Shown here one piece after another: positions 47,501 through 57,343 of a stretch of 64,000 nucleotides of DNA. The notes beneath the pieces were generated by a model. It did no database searches. It was given only the letters and a program-made list of their open reading frames with translations, and had not been told where the DNA came from. A program made the translations under genes and the position numbers. How positions within the stretch are numbered: position 1 is the first letter of the stretch; each line of letters begins with the position of its first letter. Source of the DNA: a virus (taxonomy: Duplodnaviria; Caudoviricetes). The stretch is taken from the IMG/VR virus record IMGVR_UViG_2508501067_000008, positions 91 to 64,090 of that record. The stretch is one strand, 5' to 3'.

Positions 47501-48461
47501 CGGATATTCCGGCCGGGGCAACACCCCGGACGGCGACGACAGCGGACGCGCAGTAATTATACACCCGATACAACAATGATTGAATGGATTAAAAACTGTC
47601 AGGTCAACGGGACTCTGGCCCTCCTTACCTACTGGATGCCGCTCGCCGTTTGTTCCACGGTCTACACCTTCCGTCTCGTCAAAAAGTATGGTGAGGACTT
47701 GAAGAAGTCCTGCGAGAGCTACTATCGCCCGACGCTCACGGTTGGCATGATTGTCGGTCACCTGCTCCTCGCCACGATGCCCGTGGTGAACCTCGTTGCG
47801 GCGGTCTTCGACTGCTCCGCGAGCGTGTTCTGCTGGTTCGGCCGCGTGCTCGACATCCCCGTCGTGCGCAAACGCAAGTCCCCATGAGAACAGATCAACA
47901 GATCGTCGACCAAACCAACGAACTCGCCCGGCGGCTCTATGCGCTGAGGGGATATACGGTCAAGGGGATCAACTATCGCTTTGACCGAGCGATACACCCG
48001 CACGAGGTAGAAGCCTGGCAGGGGGCTTGCGAGGCGCAAAGGGTCCTCACCGACACCGATCCGCAAGACTCCCTCGATAATCTTGCCGATGGCTAACACC
48101 GGAAACCAGCCGGCGAAGCTCGGCTGAGGAGACCTGGTTAGACTTTCTGAATACAAAAATGAAAACAAAACAAAGACCACCGGCTGAGATTGCCGATGAA
48201 CAGGAAATGCTCGCGCAGAGTTGCGCGGATGTGGGAGATCAGGAGACCGCGGCGGAATATATGGAGATTGCTCGGGCGATTCGCGCTCTGCTCAAAGAGC
48301 GCGACACCTTGATCGAGTCGGTTTCCGAAATGGTGAAAGCAATGGAGCTATACGAGATGGAGGTCGAGGAGTCACCTCCCTACAAGCATCGACAGATGAT
48401 GGCCCGGGCTCGCGCCCTGCTTTCGCCTAACACCCCAGCGCAGCCGCCGAAGGTCGGCTGA
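44564..48461 (+). CDS. Array of hypothetical genes (44564-44914, 45030-45332, 45401-45667, 45677-46111, 46066-46641, 46660-46965, 47022-47231, 47228-47464, 47576-47887 membrane, 47884-48096, 48159-48461)
   Basis: Co-oriented, mostly coupled ORFs with phage-like codon usage. Confidence 0.6.
44891..45003. repeat. Origin-like element copy B
   Basis: TTACGCTTACACCTTTTACGC ... CCTATATATATTATATTTTATTT ... GGCGTAAAAGGCGTAAAGGTGTAAA; same orientation as copy A. Confidence 0.6.
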
Positions 48462-48489
48462 GGCGTCTGGTTCAACCCTTTTGTATCCT

Positions 48490-48924
48490 ATGAAATACTA
48501 CATTGCATCAAAACTCGAAAACCACGCCGCGCATAATCGCTTGCGCGACTCGCTAACGGCAATCGGCCATACGATCACCTATGACTGGACGCACCACGGC
48601 GCTGTCTATCGCCACGGCTTGGAGCGCATCCGGGAAGTCGCCAAACTCGAAACGCTTGGCGTGCTCAACGCAGACGTGGTGATCGTACTTTGGCCGGGCG
48701 GAAGAGGCACACACACCGAGCTTGGTATGGCCCTTGGTGCCGGGAAGCCGGTCATATTTATCAGCGATGATGAACGGCATCATCAGGCCACCACGGAGAC
48801 GTGTGCCTTCTATCATCACCCATTGGTAACTCGCGGGCGGACAGTCGCAGAAGTGCCCGCGCTACTCGACAGGTTGAACACCACAGATCACGAATCGCCG
48901 AGGCACGGCGGCGATTCCAATTAA
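48490..48924 (+). CDS. Nucleoside 2-deoxyribosyltransferase-like protein
   Basis: MKYYIAS, ITYDWT, ADVVIVLWPGGRGTHTELG. Confidence 0.75.
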   Translation: MKYYIASKLENHAAHNRLRDSLTAIGHTITYDWTHHGAVYRHGLERIREVAKLETLGVLNADVVIVLWPGGRGTHTELGMALGAGKPVIFISDDERHHQATTETCAFYHHPLVTRGRTVAEVPALLDRLNTTDHESPRHGGDSN

Positions 48925-48968
48925 AACGAAACCGGCGATTTCGTGCATCGCATTGTTCGGAGAACCTC

Positions 48969-49268
48969 ATGCAAACAACAACAGATCAAGTCAGACAAAT
49001 CCTGATGAATGAACTCGGATTGAGCCGCGAAAGCGTGCGCCAGTTGGTCGAGCAGATCGTTACCGAGACGGTAAATAAGCACATGACCACTTTGGAAACG
49101 AGCGGGGCGCTTGCCCGCATCACTGAGGACGCTTTCCACCGCCTGTATCGCGATCCCAAGACTGGCTACGCTAATTTCAAGAGCCTCGTCCAGGACGCAG
49201 CCATGACCGCAGCCAAGGTATTCGTGGGAGAAAACATCCGTATTTCTCCGGTGACGCCGAAGAGTTAA
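48969..49268 (+). CDS. Hypothetical helical protein
   Basis: 99-aa ORF, phage-like codon usage. Confidence 0.55.
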   Translation: MQTTTDQVRQILMNELGLSRESVRQLVEQIVTETVNKHMTTLETSGALARITEDAFHRLYRDPKTGYANFKSLVQDAAMTAAKVFVGENIRISPVTPKS

Positions 49269-49308
49269 TTGCCAAAACGCGAGGCGGAACGCCTGCTTGG
49301 ACGGAGGC

Positions 49309-49596
49309 TCAAACACCCGTCAATTTCGCGATCTCTGCCTTTGTAAGCCGGTTTGCTGCGTGGAACAGTTCCGGGTGCTCCCGTATATCCAGGATGTGCT
49401 CGGCGCATGCCTGCACATAGGCACTTCGGTCCAGACCCAGCTTGGCCCGGTGGGCCTCGATGAGGTTCAGCACGTCGGCATCCCAGTTGATGCTGCGGGG
49501 AATTTTGGTCCGGTCGGACTTCCGCGGATCGGGAGTCGTGAAAAACCGGGCCTTCGTGTGCGGCGTTCGCTTCGTTTTCTTTTTGGTAACACTCAT
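49309..49596 (-). CDS. Ribbon-helix-helix (CopG/Arc-like) regulator 1
   Basis: PRSINWDADVLNLIE...LGLDRSAYV; the only minus-strand gene within the early arm apart from int. Confidence 0.7.
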   Translation of the reverse strand: MSVTKKKTKRTPHTKARFFTTPDPRKSDRTKIPRSINWDADVLNLIEAHRAKLGLDRSAYVQACAEHILDIREHPELFHAANRLTKAEIAKLTGV

Positions 49597-49610
49597 CTTC
49601 TGGAGTTAGC

Positions 49611-49672
49611 TTTGTTACACCGTAACAAATTGCAATAACAAACTGAAATTTACTGTAACAAAACGTAATAAA
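49611..49672. promoter_or_regulatory. Cluster of GYAAYAA(A) operator-like repeats
   Basis: Inverted pair TTTGTTAC-ACC-GTAACAAA plus copies at 49632, 49655 and 49665. Confidence 0.62.
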
Positions 49673-49688
49673 ATACATTGTCCCGACC

Positions 49689-49913
49689 ATGCCCAACACG
49701 GAAAAAACTCTCCGGCGAACCACCATCCCCAAAAGTGTGAGCTGGGACCCGGATACTCTCGCTCGTTGTGAGCGCGCCTCGTTCAAGGCGGACCTGGACC
49801 TCAGCCCCTGGCTGATGAATGGCATTCGCACCAAAATTTTCGGCCTTGCTCCGCTGAAGCGCCGCCGTCGCCCGTACCGCAAGGCCGGCCAAACCCCCAA
49901 CGCCACCACATGA
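49689..49913 (+). CDS. Ribbon-helix-helix-like regulator 2 (paralogue of 49309-49596)
   Basis: TIPKSVSWDPDTLAR...LDLSPWL aligns with KIPRSINWDADVL...LDRSAYV. Confidence 0.62.
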   Translation: MPNTEKTLRRTTIPKSVSWDPDTLARCERASFKADLDLSPWLMNGIRTKIFGLAPLKRRRRPYRKAGQTPNATT

Positions 49914-50437
49914 TCACCGTCGGCATCGATAACGGCAGCACCGGGTCAATCGGCATCCTTCGGGACAGCCAGTGCGTCCATTTCGGCCCGGTACCCGTGC
50001 AGGATTACCTGCATTACGGAAAGAAAGGCAGCATCGGGAAGCGTCTGGACCGCGGCGCCTTGAGGGACCTGATATACCGGCACGTGTTTTTGCCGGTCGA
50101 AAGCGCCGCATTGCGCGACGGGGACGCGGCTGAAGCTGTCAGCGTCTTCATCGAACGGCCCTTCTCCGGCAGATTCGTCAATGCCGTGGTGCCCGCCCAT
50201 CGTTTCTTCGAGGCCACGATTATCGTAATGGAAGACGTCGGCCTCGGATACGAGGTAATCGACTCCGGGGTGTGGCAAAAACCTGTTCTTGGCGCAGGCG
50301 TGACCGGCAGCGCCGACCTCAAGAAGGCCAGCCGTCTCCGTGGCATCCAGGTGTATCCACAGCTCACGGACGCCATCAAGAAGCACGGTGACGCCGACGG
50401 TCTCCTGATCGCTCACCATTTTCACCATCGAACCTGA
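49910..50437 (+). CDS. RuvC-like Holliday junction resolvase
   Basis: VGIDNG, VFIERP, WQK, DADGLLIA. Confidence 0.8.
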   Translation: MITVGIDNGSTGSIGILRDSQCVHFGPVPVQDYLHYGKKGSIGKRLDRGALRDLIYRHVFLPVESAALRDGDAAEAVSVFIERPFSGRFVNAVVPAHRFFEATIIVMEDVGLGYEVIDSGVWQKPVLGAGVTGSADLKKASRLRGIQVYPQLTDAIKKHGDADGLLIAHHFHHRT

Positions 50438-50441
50438 AACC

Positions 50442-51380
50442 ATGATCATCCATCACCCAGAACTCGCCAGGCCAACAAAGCGCATTAAATTCCGGAGATT
50501 CCGATACGTCGTCCACTGTTCCGGCGCCGTGGACTCCGAGGTCGTCATCGCTGCCGGGCATGTCGGCTCGCTTCCGAACGTTACCTTCCACGATGAAGAC
50601 GGCAAGGTAATCCGCGCCTATACCGAAGTCACCCGCCTGGTGCGCGACGAGGCCCCGCTCCCGGAACCCGAGCGGACTGCCGCGGAATACCTCGAGGAAA
50701 TCAAGGCTCTTGTGGACTCCCGGGAGGAGCTGATCCAGCAGCGTAACCAGGCACGAGACGAGATACAGGAGCTCCGGAGAGCTCTCCGATACGTCGCTGA
50801 CCGCGCCGGGAATGTCCGGTTCGGGAGTTACCGCAATACTCTGGCCCGCGTCACCCGGATCGCAGCGAAAACTCTCACAGGTTACGACTTCGAATGCTTC
50901 CGCGACGGAAAAGCCTGAATGATCTCGCCGTCCGGCTGGGCGAACCGATACCGGTTTTTGACGGTTTCGACGGCGCCCTGATCGGGACGGCGGACGTACA
51001 TGCCGGATGGACTCTCGCGACCCGGGCTGTGTACGACTACGAATCCCTGATCGGGATTCTCATGACGCGAGACCGGATGACGCGGGAAGAAGCCGAAATG
51101 CACTTTGATCTCAACGTTCACGGCACTGTTATCGACCGCGCTCCTGTCGTAGTTCGTTCCCTGTGACGCCCCTTTTTCGACTGAAATTATGAAAACGTTC
51201 CTGATACTATACATTGTCCTCGTTTCGATGAGCCTCCTTGCCCGCCTCGCTCTCCTGTCGTTCAATTCCGGGTATCCACGTACGACGAAACACACACGTT
51301 TTGAGGATGTCCTCGCGGTTGTTCTTGGCTCCGGCGCGCTCGGTTGGGCAGTCTGGTTGCTCGTGAACTATCACGGCTGA
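50442..51380 (+). CDS. Three hypothetical genes (50442-50918, 50894-51166, 51189-51380 membrane)
   Basis: Co-oriented ORFs; the last has two hydrophobic helices. Confidence 0.55.
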
Positions 51381-51394
51381 TTGGCGTTCCGACC

Positions 51395-51856
51395 ATGGAC
51401 CCGTTCGTCACCTCCACGACCAAACCCCGGCATATGTGCAAGGTGAAGGGGTGTCGACACCGGGTTACCGCTACCCAGCGACGCAAACAGGGCGGTTTTT
51501 GTCGTCGGTGCAAGGAGCTTCGCTACAAAGCGACCCATCCGTATACCTATACGCTCAACAAGCTCCGCAACAATGCCCGCCGTCGCGGTATCCCGTTCGA
51601 CCTTACGCTGGAAGAATGGATCATGTTCTGCGACCTGACCGGTTACATGACCGTTTCCGGGCGATTCGCCGACAATCTTTCCGTCGACCGGATTGATCCA
51701 AAACGCGGATACACTCTCGACAATATCCGTGCCGTGACCGTGAGCATGAATGCCCGCTACGTCCATGTGCAGGCCAAGCTGGATCGACTCGTCCGCTTCC
51801 ACGACGCCGTTGCCCGGAGAATAGCCCAACTCCAGAGCCAGATTGCCGCCGCCTGA
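51395..51856 (+). CDS. HNH-related endonuclease
   Basis: Cys pairs, ARRRGIPFDLTLEEW, LSVDRIDPKRGYTLDNIR...N. Confidence 0.7.
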   Translation: MDPFVTSTTKPRHMCKVKGCRHRVTATQRRKQGGFCRRCKELRYKATHPYTYTLNKLRNNARRRGIPFDLTLEEWIMFCDLTGYMTVSGRFADNLSVDRIDPKRGYTLDNIRAVTVSMNARYVHVQAKLDRLVRFHDAVARRIAQLQSQIAAA

Positions 51857-52470
51857 TGCCCACCCTCCCGCAAATGAGCAAACTGACTCCGCAACAGATC
51901 GATCGCGCCCTCAACATCGGCGAAAAAGTCGTCGACCTCGCCGTCGACGTATGGCGCACCCGCAAGAAGCGGGTTCAGGAGAAACCCGTCCGTAATAAAT
52001 CGCAACAATTTCTGAGAAAATGAAAACCCTCGTTCGCGCAACATTGTCTAAAGCTGCCGAGACCCTCGTCGGGCATGGAGGAGTTCGCAACCGGCATTTC
52101 AGCCGGGCCGCAGGTATTACCGGGAAACGCGCCCGTAAATTTCTAAAACAGGCGCGGCGTACTCTCCGGGAACGTACACCTGCCGTCGGCACCCTCAAGG
52201 AAGCAAAGTCATGATTGCAGCCCTCTCCTCCGAGGAAATCCTCCTGATCAAGTACGCCATCGGTGCGATCCTTCCGGTGATCGTCCTGCTGGCGATCGTA
52301 CGTAACTGATGAAGTCGTTGCGGTACAATGCAGATTTGTTCGCACTCCGGGACGACAAGGCGCTCGCCCGTGCAAACGAATGCGCCCTTCGCGTCGGCAC
52401 CGAGGAGGCCCGCCGGCTCCTGGCCGCTATCCGCACCCGTCACCGCATCCGCGATCTGAGTCTTCGCTAA
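51856..52470 (+). CDS. Four very small coupled genes (51856-52023, 52020-52214, 52211-52309 TM peptide, 52309-52470)
   Basis: Hand translation; overlapping stop/start codons. Confidence 0.5.
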
Positions 52471-52472
52471 CC

Positions 52473-54703
52473 ATGTCAGTAAGTCTTTATGATTGGCAGG
52501 AGCCTTCCGCCCTGACGCTACAGCAATCGCTACTCAGCCACAACGTGGCGGCGGACGGTAGCGAAATGGGCTGCCACGCCCGAGGGGCGTTAATCTTGAT
52601 GTATGACGGGGCACTGAAACGGGTGGAAGATGTGACTGTCGGGGACGCTCTCATGGGGTGGGACAATACGCCCCGATACGTAGTGTCCCTCGCACGTGGC
52701 AGGTCGGCCATGGCCCGCATTTGCCCTACGAAGGGTGAACCGTTCGTGGTCAATTGTGACCATATGTTGACGTTGGTCCAGACCAACACATCCCTGTGCC
52801 GTTCGATGCCCAGGCACAACGGCCGGATCGTGGATGTTTCGGTCAAGGACTATCTGACGTGGAGTCGGGAGTGGAAAACGCTGCATCTGCTCTTCCGGGT
52901 AGGAGTGGAGCTTCCGGAACAAGACCTCCCCGTAGACCCGTATTTTTTGGGGGTTCTGTTGGGAGACGGGTCATTCCGGGGCTATTACGCTCAGGTTTCA
53001 AAACCTGACCCTGAACTCGAGGAGTACCTTCAGATGCTCGGGATTCCGTTTACCCGGACGCAGACGGGAAATCGTTGCCCCAATTTCTATTTGAAATCCC
53101 CTCCCCTGCATCACGCATTGGCTCATCTCGGACTGTGGGGAAAGCTGTCCGGGGAGCGGTTCATCCCGGACGTGTACCGCCGAAGTTCGCGGCATCAACG
53201 ACTGGCTCTTCTGGCCGGACTTCTGGATACTGATGGGCATCTCACGCATACGGGCGGGTACGATTACGTTTCACAGTCCAAAGACCTTGCAACTGATGCG
53301 GCGTTTGTCGCCCGCAGTCTGGGACTAGCCGCGTACGTCCGACCCTGCTGGAAACGGGCCCAGACGGGGAATGGAGGTATCTATTACCGCGTTTCAATTT
53401 CCGGGGATTGTGCCGTAATCCCTTGCCGCATACCTCGGAAGAAAGCGTTACCTCGAGCCCAGAAAAAATCGGTGCTTCGGACTAGCTTCACTGTGGAGTC
53501 GTTGCCTGAAGACGATTTTTTCGGGTTTTCTCTTACGGGCGATGGCAGGTATCTGATGGGAGACTTTACCGTAACCCATAATACTGGCAAGACGATCAAG
53601 GCGTGTGTCGTCGCCAAGCGCCTCGGTCGCCCGCTTTTCGTGGCATGCCCCAAGTCGGTTATCCCCGACTGGCTGGATTGGGCTGAACGGGTTGGCGTAC
53701 CCTGCATCGCGGCCAATTATGACCGTATCCGCGCAGGCAAGACGCCGTACGGAGAATGGCAAACCAAGGGGAAGCTGTTCCAGTGGACGCTGCCGCCGGA
53801 CACGCTTCTTGTTTTCGATGAAGCCCACCGTCTTGGCGGAATCGACACGCAGCAGAGCCGTCTTCTGGTAGCGGCGAAGAATCAGGGGTACACACACCTG
53901 CTCCTCTCCGGCACCCTTATTGAAAATCCTCTCAAGTGTCGGGCTATCGGGTACTCGCTTGGACAGCACACCCTGCTCAATTTCTGGCAATGGGCGAAAC
54001 GACATGGAGTTCGTGAAGGCGTATTCGGGATGGAGTTCCGTCCGAAGAACGAGACCCCTGCCCAGGTCATGGAACGGATTCGTGCCGCCCTTGGCGACCG
54101 GTTTACCCGCATCCGCAAAGCCGACGTGCCCGGCTTCCCCGTAAAGCAGGTGATTCCGGTATACGTCCAGACCGACGATATGCCGGAGGACGAGACCCTC
54201 GACGGAGGGCGCTACGGGTACGCAGCCCGCATGCACGTGGAATTGCTGAAGGTGCCTGGCCTCGTCGACCGGACCCGCGATCTTGTCGATCAGGGGCAAA
54301 GCGTGGCCGTTTTTGTCAACTACCTCGATACGCTGAACGCCCTCCTCAAGGAGCTTCCCGACGCGGCGGTCATACGGGGTGGTCAGAGCTCCACCGAACG
54401 CAGCCGGAACATCGACATGTTCCAGACCAACGCCCGGCACGTCGTGCTGGTCATGATGCAGGCAGGCGGCACCGGGGTGAGTCTCCACGACCTGCACGGG
54501 CGACCGCGCTCCTCCATTATCTGCCCGGGCAACTCGGCGCTCGATTTCCTGCAAGCCGTCGACCGCATTCACCGCGCCGGGGCCAGATCGCCCGCCACCG
54601 TCTACGTAGCTCTTGCGAGCGGCGTGCCTGTCGAGCGTCGAATCCGTCACCGGATCGAGAGCAAACTGACGAACTTGTCGGCCTTGAATGACGCCGACTT
54701 TGA
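52473..54703 (+). CDS. SF2 (SNF2-like) helicase containing an intein; true 3' end probably near 54703
   Basis: G|TGKT, VFDEAH, LSGT, QAVDRIHRAG; as given the frame reads through to 56285. Confidence 0.85.
52572..53582 (+). mobile_element. Intein (337 aa) with LAGLIDADG homing endonuclease
   Basis: Starts CHARG, ends VTHN followed by T; FLGVLLGDGS and LLAGLLDTDG motifs; inserted in Walker A. Confidence 0.92.
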
Positions 54704-54726
54704 GAACTTTCAACCCACAACAAAAA

Positions 54727-55077
54727 ATGCCGGAACCTGCTGTAATAAATCGAAACAAATTGCAACCGCTGTCGCTGCTGGACCTGTATCTGAAAGTTCA
54801 GGAACTTCTTCGCCAGAAGAGCCCTGCGTATCCGACCAATGTCCTGTCGGTGGAGCTGGATACGCATACGGACCCGGAGGGGCGGGCGCAGGTGACGGTG
54901 GAGACCCTGACGGAGCACGAGCTTCAGGCGGACATTGCTGTTCTGGTGGACCCGGCGCCGAATCCGCCGTCCAATCCACAACCGGCGCCATCGCCGGTTG
55001 TGGCTCCCAAACAGCGTCAGCCACGGGTTTCGAGCATTCGGGCGGCAGTGGAGAAGGGAGGGAACCAGACATGGTAA
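54727..55077 (+). CDS. Hypothetical protein nested in alternative frame of the long ORF
   Basis: Protein-like LSLLDLYLKVQELL...VSVELD; A-rich leader; stop overlaps nuclease ATG. Confidence 0.6.
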   Translation: MPEPAVINRNKLQPLSLLDLYLKVQELLRQKSPAYPTNVLSVELDTHTDPEGRAQVTVETLTEHELQADIAVLVDPAPNPPSNPQPAPSPVVAPKQRQPRVSSIRAAVEKGGNQTW

Positions 55078-56285
55078 GGATTCTCGTCCCCCCTCCCCCG
55101 TCCGAACCGATCCCGGCCCAGCCTGCGGAAGTGCCGGGGGCGACCGGCAACCACAAGGTGCGCACCCATGCCCGGTGCAGTCCGTCCAAACTCAAAAACC
55201 TCGAGATTTGCCCCAGCTACGAAGGGGACGACGAAGCACCTGTCCATCCCGTCACCCTTCGCGGCACGGCGATGCACGAAGCCCTGGAGACCGGTGACAA
55301 CAGTCACCTCCTCGACGACGAGGAATTGCGCCTCGTCACCATGTGTCGCGAGTTTCTTGCCGAGGAAGTCGCCGCCGCCGAGACCGTCATCGACGAACAG
55401 CACCTCAAGACCCACGACAAGGATGTTCAGGGTTTTGTGGACAAGCTCCTCATCTTCCCGAAAAACCCGACGACCGGGCGACGGAAGGCGAAAATCCGGG
55501 ACTTCAAGATGGGCTGGAACGCGGTCGACACTCCGGATCAGAACCCGCAGGCGATCGCCTATACTCTGGCGGTCTTCCTCCAGTGGGAAGACGTTGACGA
55601 GGTTGATTTCGCCTTCCTGATCCCGCGTCTCGACCTGGTCCTTCAGCATACGTTCACCCGGGCGGATGTGCCGGCCCTCAGACTCCGCGTCAGCCTGATT
55701 GCCGACCGTGTGCGCAAGCTCGCGGGCAAGGAGTTCAATCCCGTCAACGAGAATTGCCTGTACTGCGGTCGCAAAGCCACCTGCCGCCCATGTATCGACA
55801 AGTCCCTGACGATCGCACGTGGGTATGACGATGGAAGCAAACTCCCCCTCCCTGCCACGCTTGATCCCTCCCAGCTAACCGATCCCCAGCAGATTGCCTA
55901 CGGCCTCAATGCGGCCTCCGTGCTGGAGAGCTGGATTGAACAGATGCGCCGTCATGCGCTGCGCTTCCGTCAGGAGATCGGCGTCGAAGTCCCCGGCTAT
56001 GATTACATCGAACGGCAGGCGAAACGTGAGATCGCCAATCCCGTCGGTGCCTGGGAAATCCTGAACAAGGAGTTCGGAGTTACCCAGGAGGAATACCTCT
56101 CTGCCTGCAAAGCGTCCATCACCCAGCTTGAGAAAGTGGTCAAGGACCACGCTCCGCACGGCGCGAAGGACAAAGCCGCCGAACGCTTCACCGACCGGCT
56201 TCTCGACGAGGGTTTCCTCACCCGGGGCGCGTCGTTTCACGTGCTGCAACGCAGCAAGAAAAAGAAGGCCCTGAAAGCGGCCTGA
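55071..56285 (+). CDS. Cas4/AddB-like PD-(D/E)XK exonuclease with Fe-S cysteines
   Basis: SPSK..CP, GTAMHE, GFVD, DFKMG, QAIAY, CLYC...C. Confidence 0.85.
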   Translation: MVRILVPPPPSEPIPAQPAEVPGATGNHKVRTHARCSPSKLKNLEICPSYEGDDEAPVHPVTLRGTAMHEALETGDNSHLLDDEELRLVTMCREFLAEEVAAAETVIDEQHLKTHDKDVQGFVDKLLIFPKNPTTGRRKAKIRDFKMGWNAVDTPDQNPQAIAYTLAVFLQWEDVDEVDFAFLIPRLDLVLQHTFTRADVPALRLRVSLIADRVRKLAGKEFNPVNENCLYCGRKATCRPCIDKSLTIARGYDDGSKLPLPATLDPSQLTDPQQIAYGLNAASVLESWIEQMRRHALRFRQEIGVEVPGYDYIERQAKREIANPVGAWEILNKEFGVTQEEYLSACKASITQLEKVVKDHAPHGAKDKAAERFTDRLLDEGFLTRGASFHVLQRSKKKKALKAA

Positions 56286-56340
56286 TCCCTTTCCGATTCG
56301 TCGGATTCCTAAACAAATAACCGTAACAAAACGCAATAAT

Positions 56341-57186
56341 ATGCCAACTGTCATCTCGTTCAAGAAAACACCCGTCGCCGCTCCCGCCACTGCTGCCGCT
56401 GCGACTTCTGCACCGGCCGCGACTTCCGCGGCTGTGACTCCTGCTCCTGTTCAGGTGGTCGCTGCCGTTCCGGCGGCAGCCCAGCCTGTTCAGGCGACCC
56501 CGACAACGCCCCCGGCGACCACGGCCGTTGCTCCGGCCACCGAAACCGCTCTTGCCACTGAAGACCAGTACAACGGCCTCGGTGGATTCGAGGGCGAGTT
56601 CGATTCCTCGGAGATGCGCACCCCGTATCTCTCCATCGTCGGGAAGACGTCGAAGCTTTTCGATGAATTTCCCCAGTTCCTTGGGCAGTTCGTCTACAAC
56701 AAGTCGGTCGCCCTCGGCGAGGAAATCCGTGTCGTCTTCGTCCGGGCTTCCAAGGTGTGGGTCGAGGATTTGCCCTTTGGGTCGGAAGTTGTCCCGCAGA
56801 CGTTCAAGCGCATGGAAGATGCTCGCGCCGCCGGATTCCTCCCCACCCAGCTCAAGGAGCGCGCCGACCTCGACCTCCTCATCGAACTGGATCTTGATAC
56901 CGAGGGTGTTGACGAAATCGCGGACCTCATCGTCGGCACCAAGGCGTATCTGCTCGCCCGCTACACTGTCCAGTCGACGGCGTACGGAAAGACAGTCCCG
57001 GTTCTGATGGCCGACACCCGCGGTTTCCTCAAAGGCAACCTGCTGAACGGGTTCTACAAGCTCTCTACCCTGAAGATCGAAGGGAAGAAGGGCACGTACT
57101 ACACGCCCCAGCTGAAGACCGACGGTCCGACCTCGCCGGAGCTCCGCACCGAGATCGTGAACCGCTGCGCACCTGTCGCCGTTTGA
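56341..57186 (+). CDS. Putative single-stranded DNA-binding protein
   Basis: Ala/Pro/Thr-rich N-terminus, acidic core; position between nuclease and polymerase. Confidence 0.55.
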   Translation: MPTVISFKKTPVAAPATAAAATSAPAATSAAVTPAPVQVVAAVPAAAQPVQATPTTPPATTAVAPATETALATEDQYNGLGGFEGEFDSSEMRTPYLSIVGKTSKLFDEFPQFLGQFVYNKSVALGEEIRVVFVRASKVWVEDLPFGSEVVPQTFKRMEDARAAGFLPTQLKERADLDLLIELDLDTEGVDEIADLIVGTKAYLLARYTVQSTAYGKTVPVLMADTRGFLKGNLLNGFYKLSTLKIEGKKGTYYTPQLKTDGPTSPELRTEIVNRCAPVAV

Positions 57187-57201
57187 CGCGACCGGAATTC
57201 C

Positions 57202-57305
57202 GGAACGCGGGCGTGCCGAACTAAGGAGCGCCCTTCGGGAACTCATAGGCGTTTGTGGCGCCGGATACCGGCAATGCCCAACCCGACCGCCAGCGTCCGC
57301 GTTCC
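57202..57305 (+). ncRNA. Structured intergenic RNA element upstream of polA
   Basis: 12-bp closing stem GGAACGCGGGCG/CGTCCGCGTTCC, inner TGCCG/CGGCA stem, cUUCGg tetraloop. Confidence 0.5.
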
Positions 57306-57343
57306 GTTTCCCCACCCATCCTGCAACCCGCCAATCATCGTCA

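Noticed and set aside
57183-57187. Plus-strand TTGAC 14 nt before the polA leader stem as another late-type motif
   Set aside because: It overlaps the SSB stop codon and lacks the preceding GG, so chance is likely
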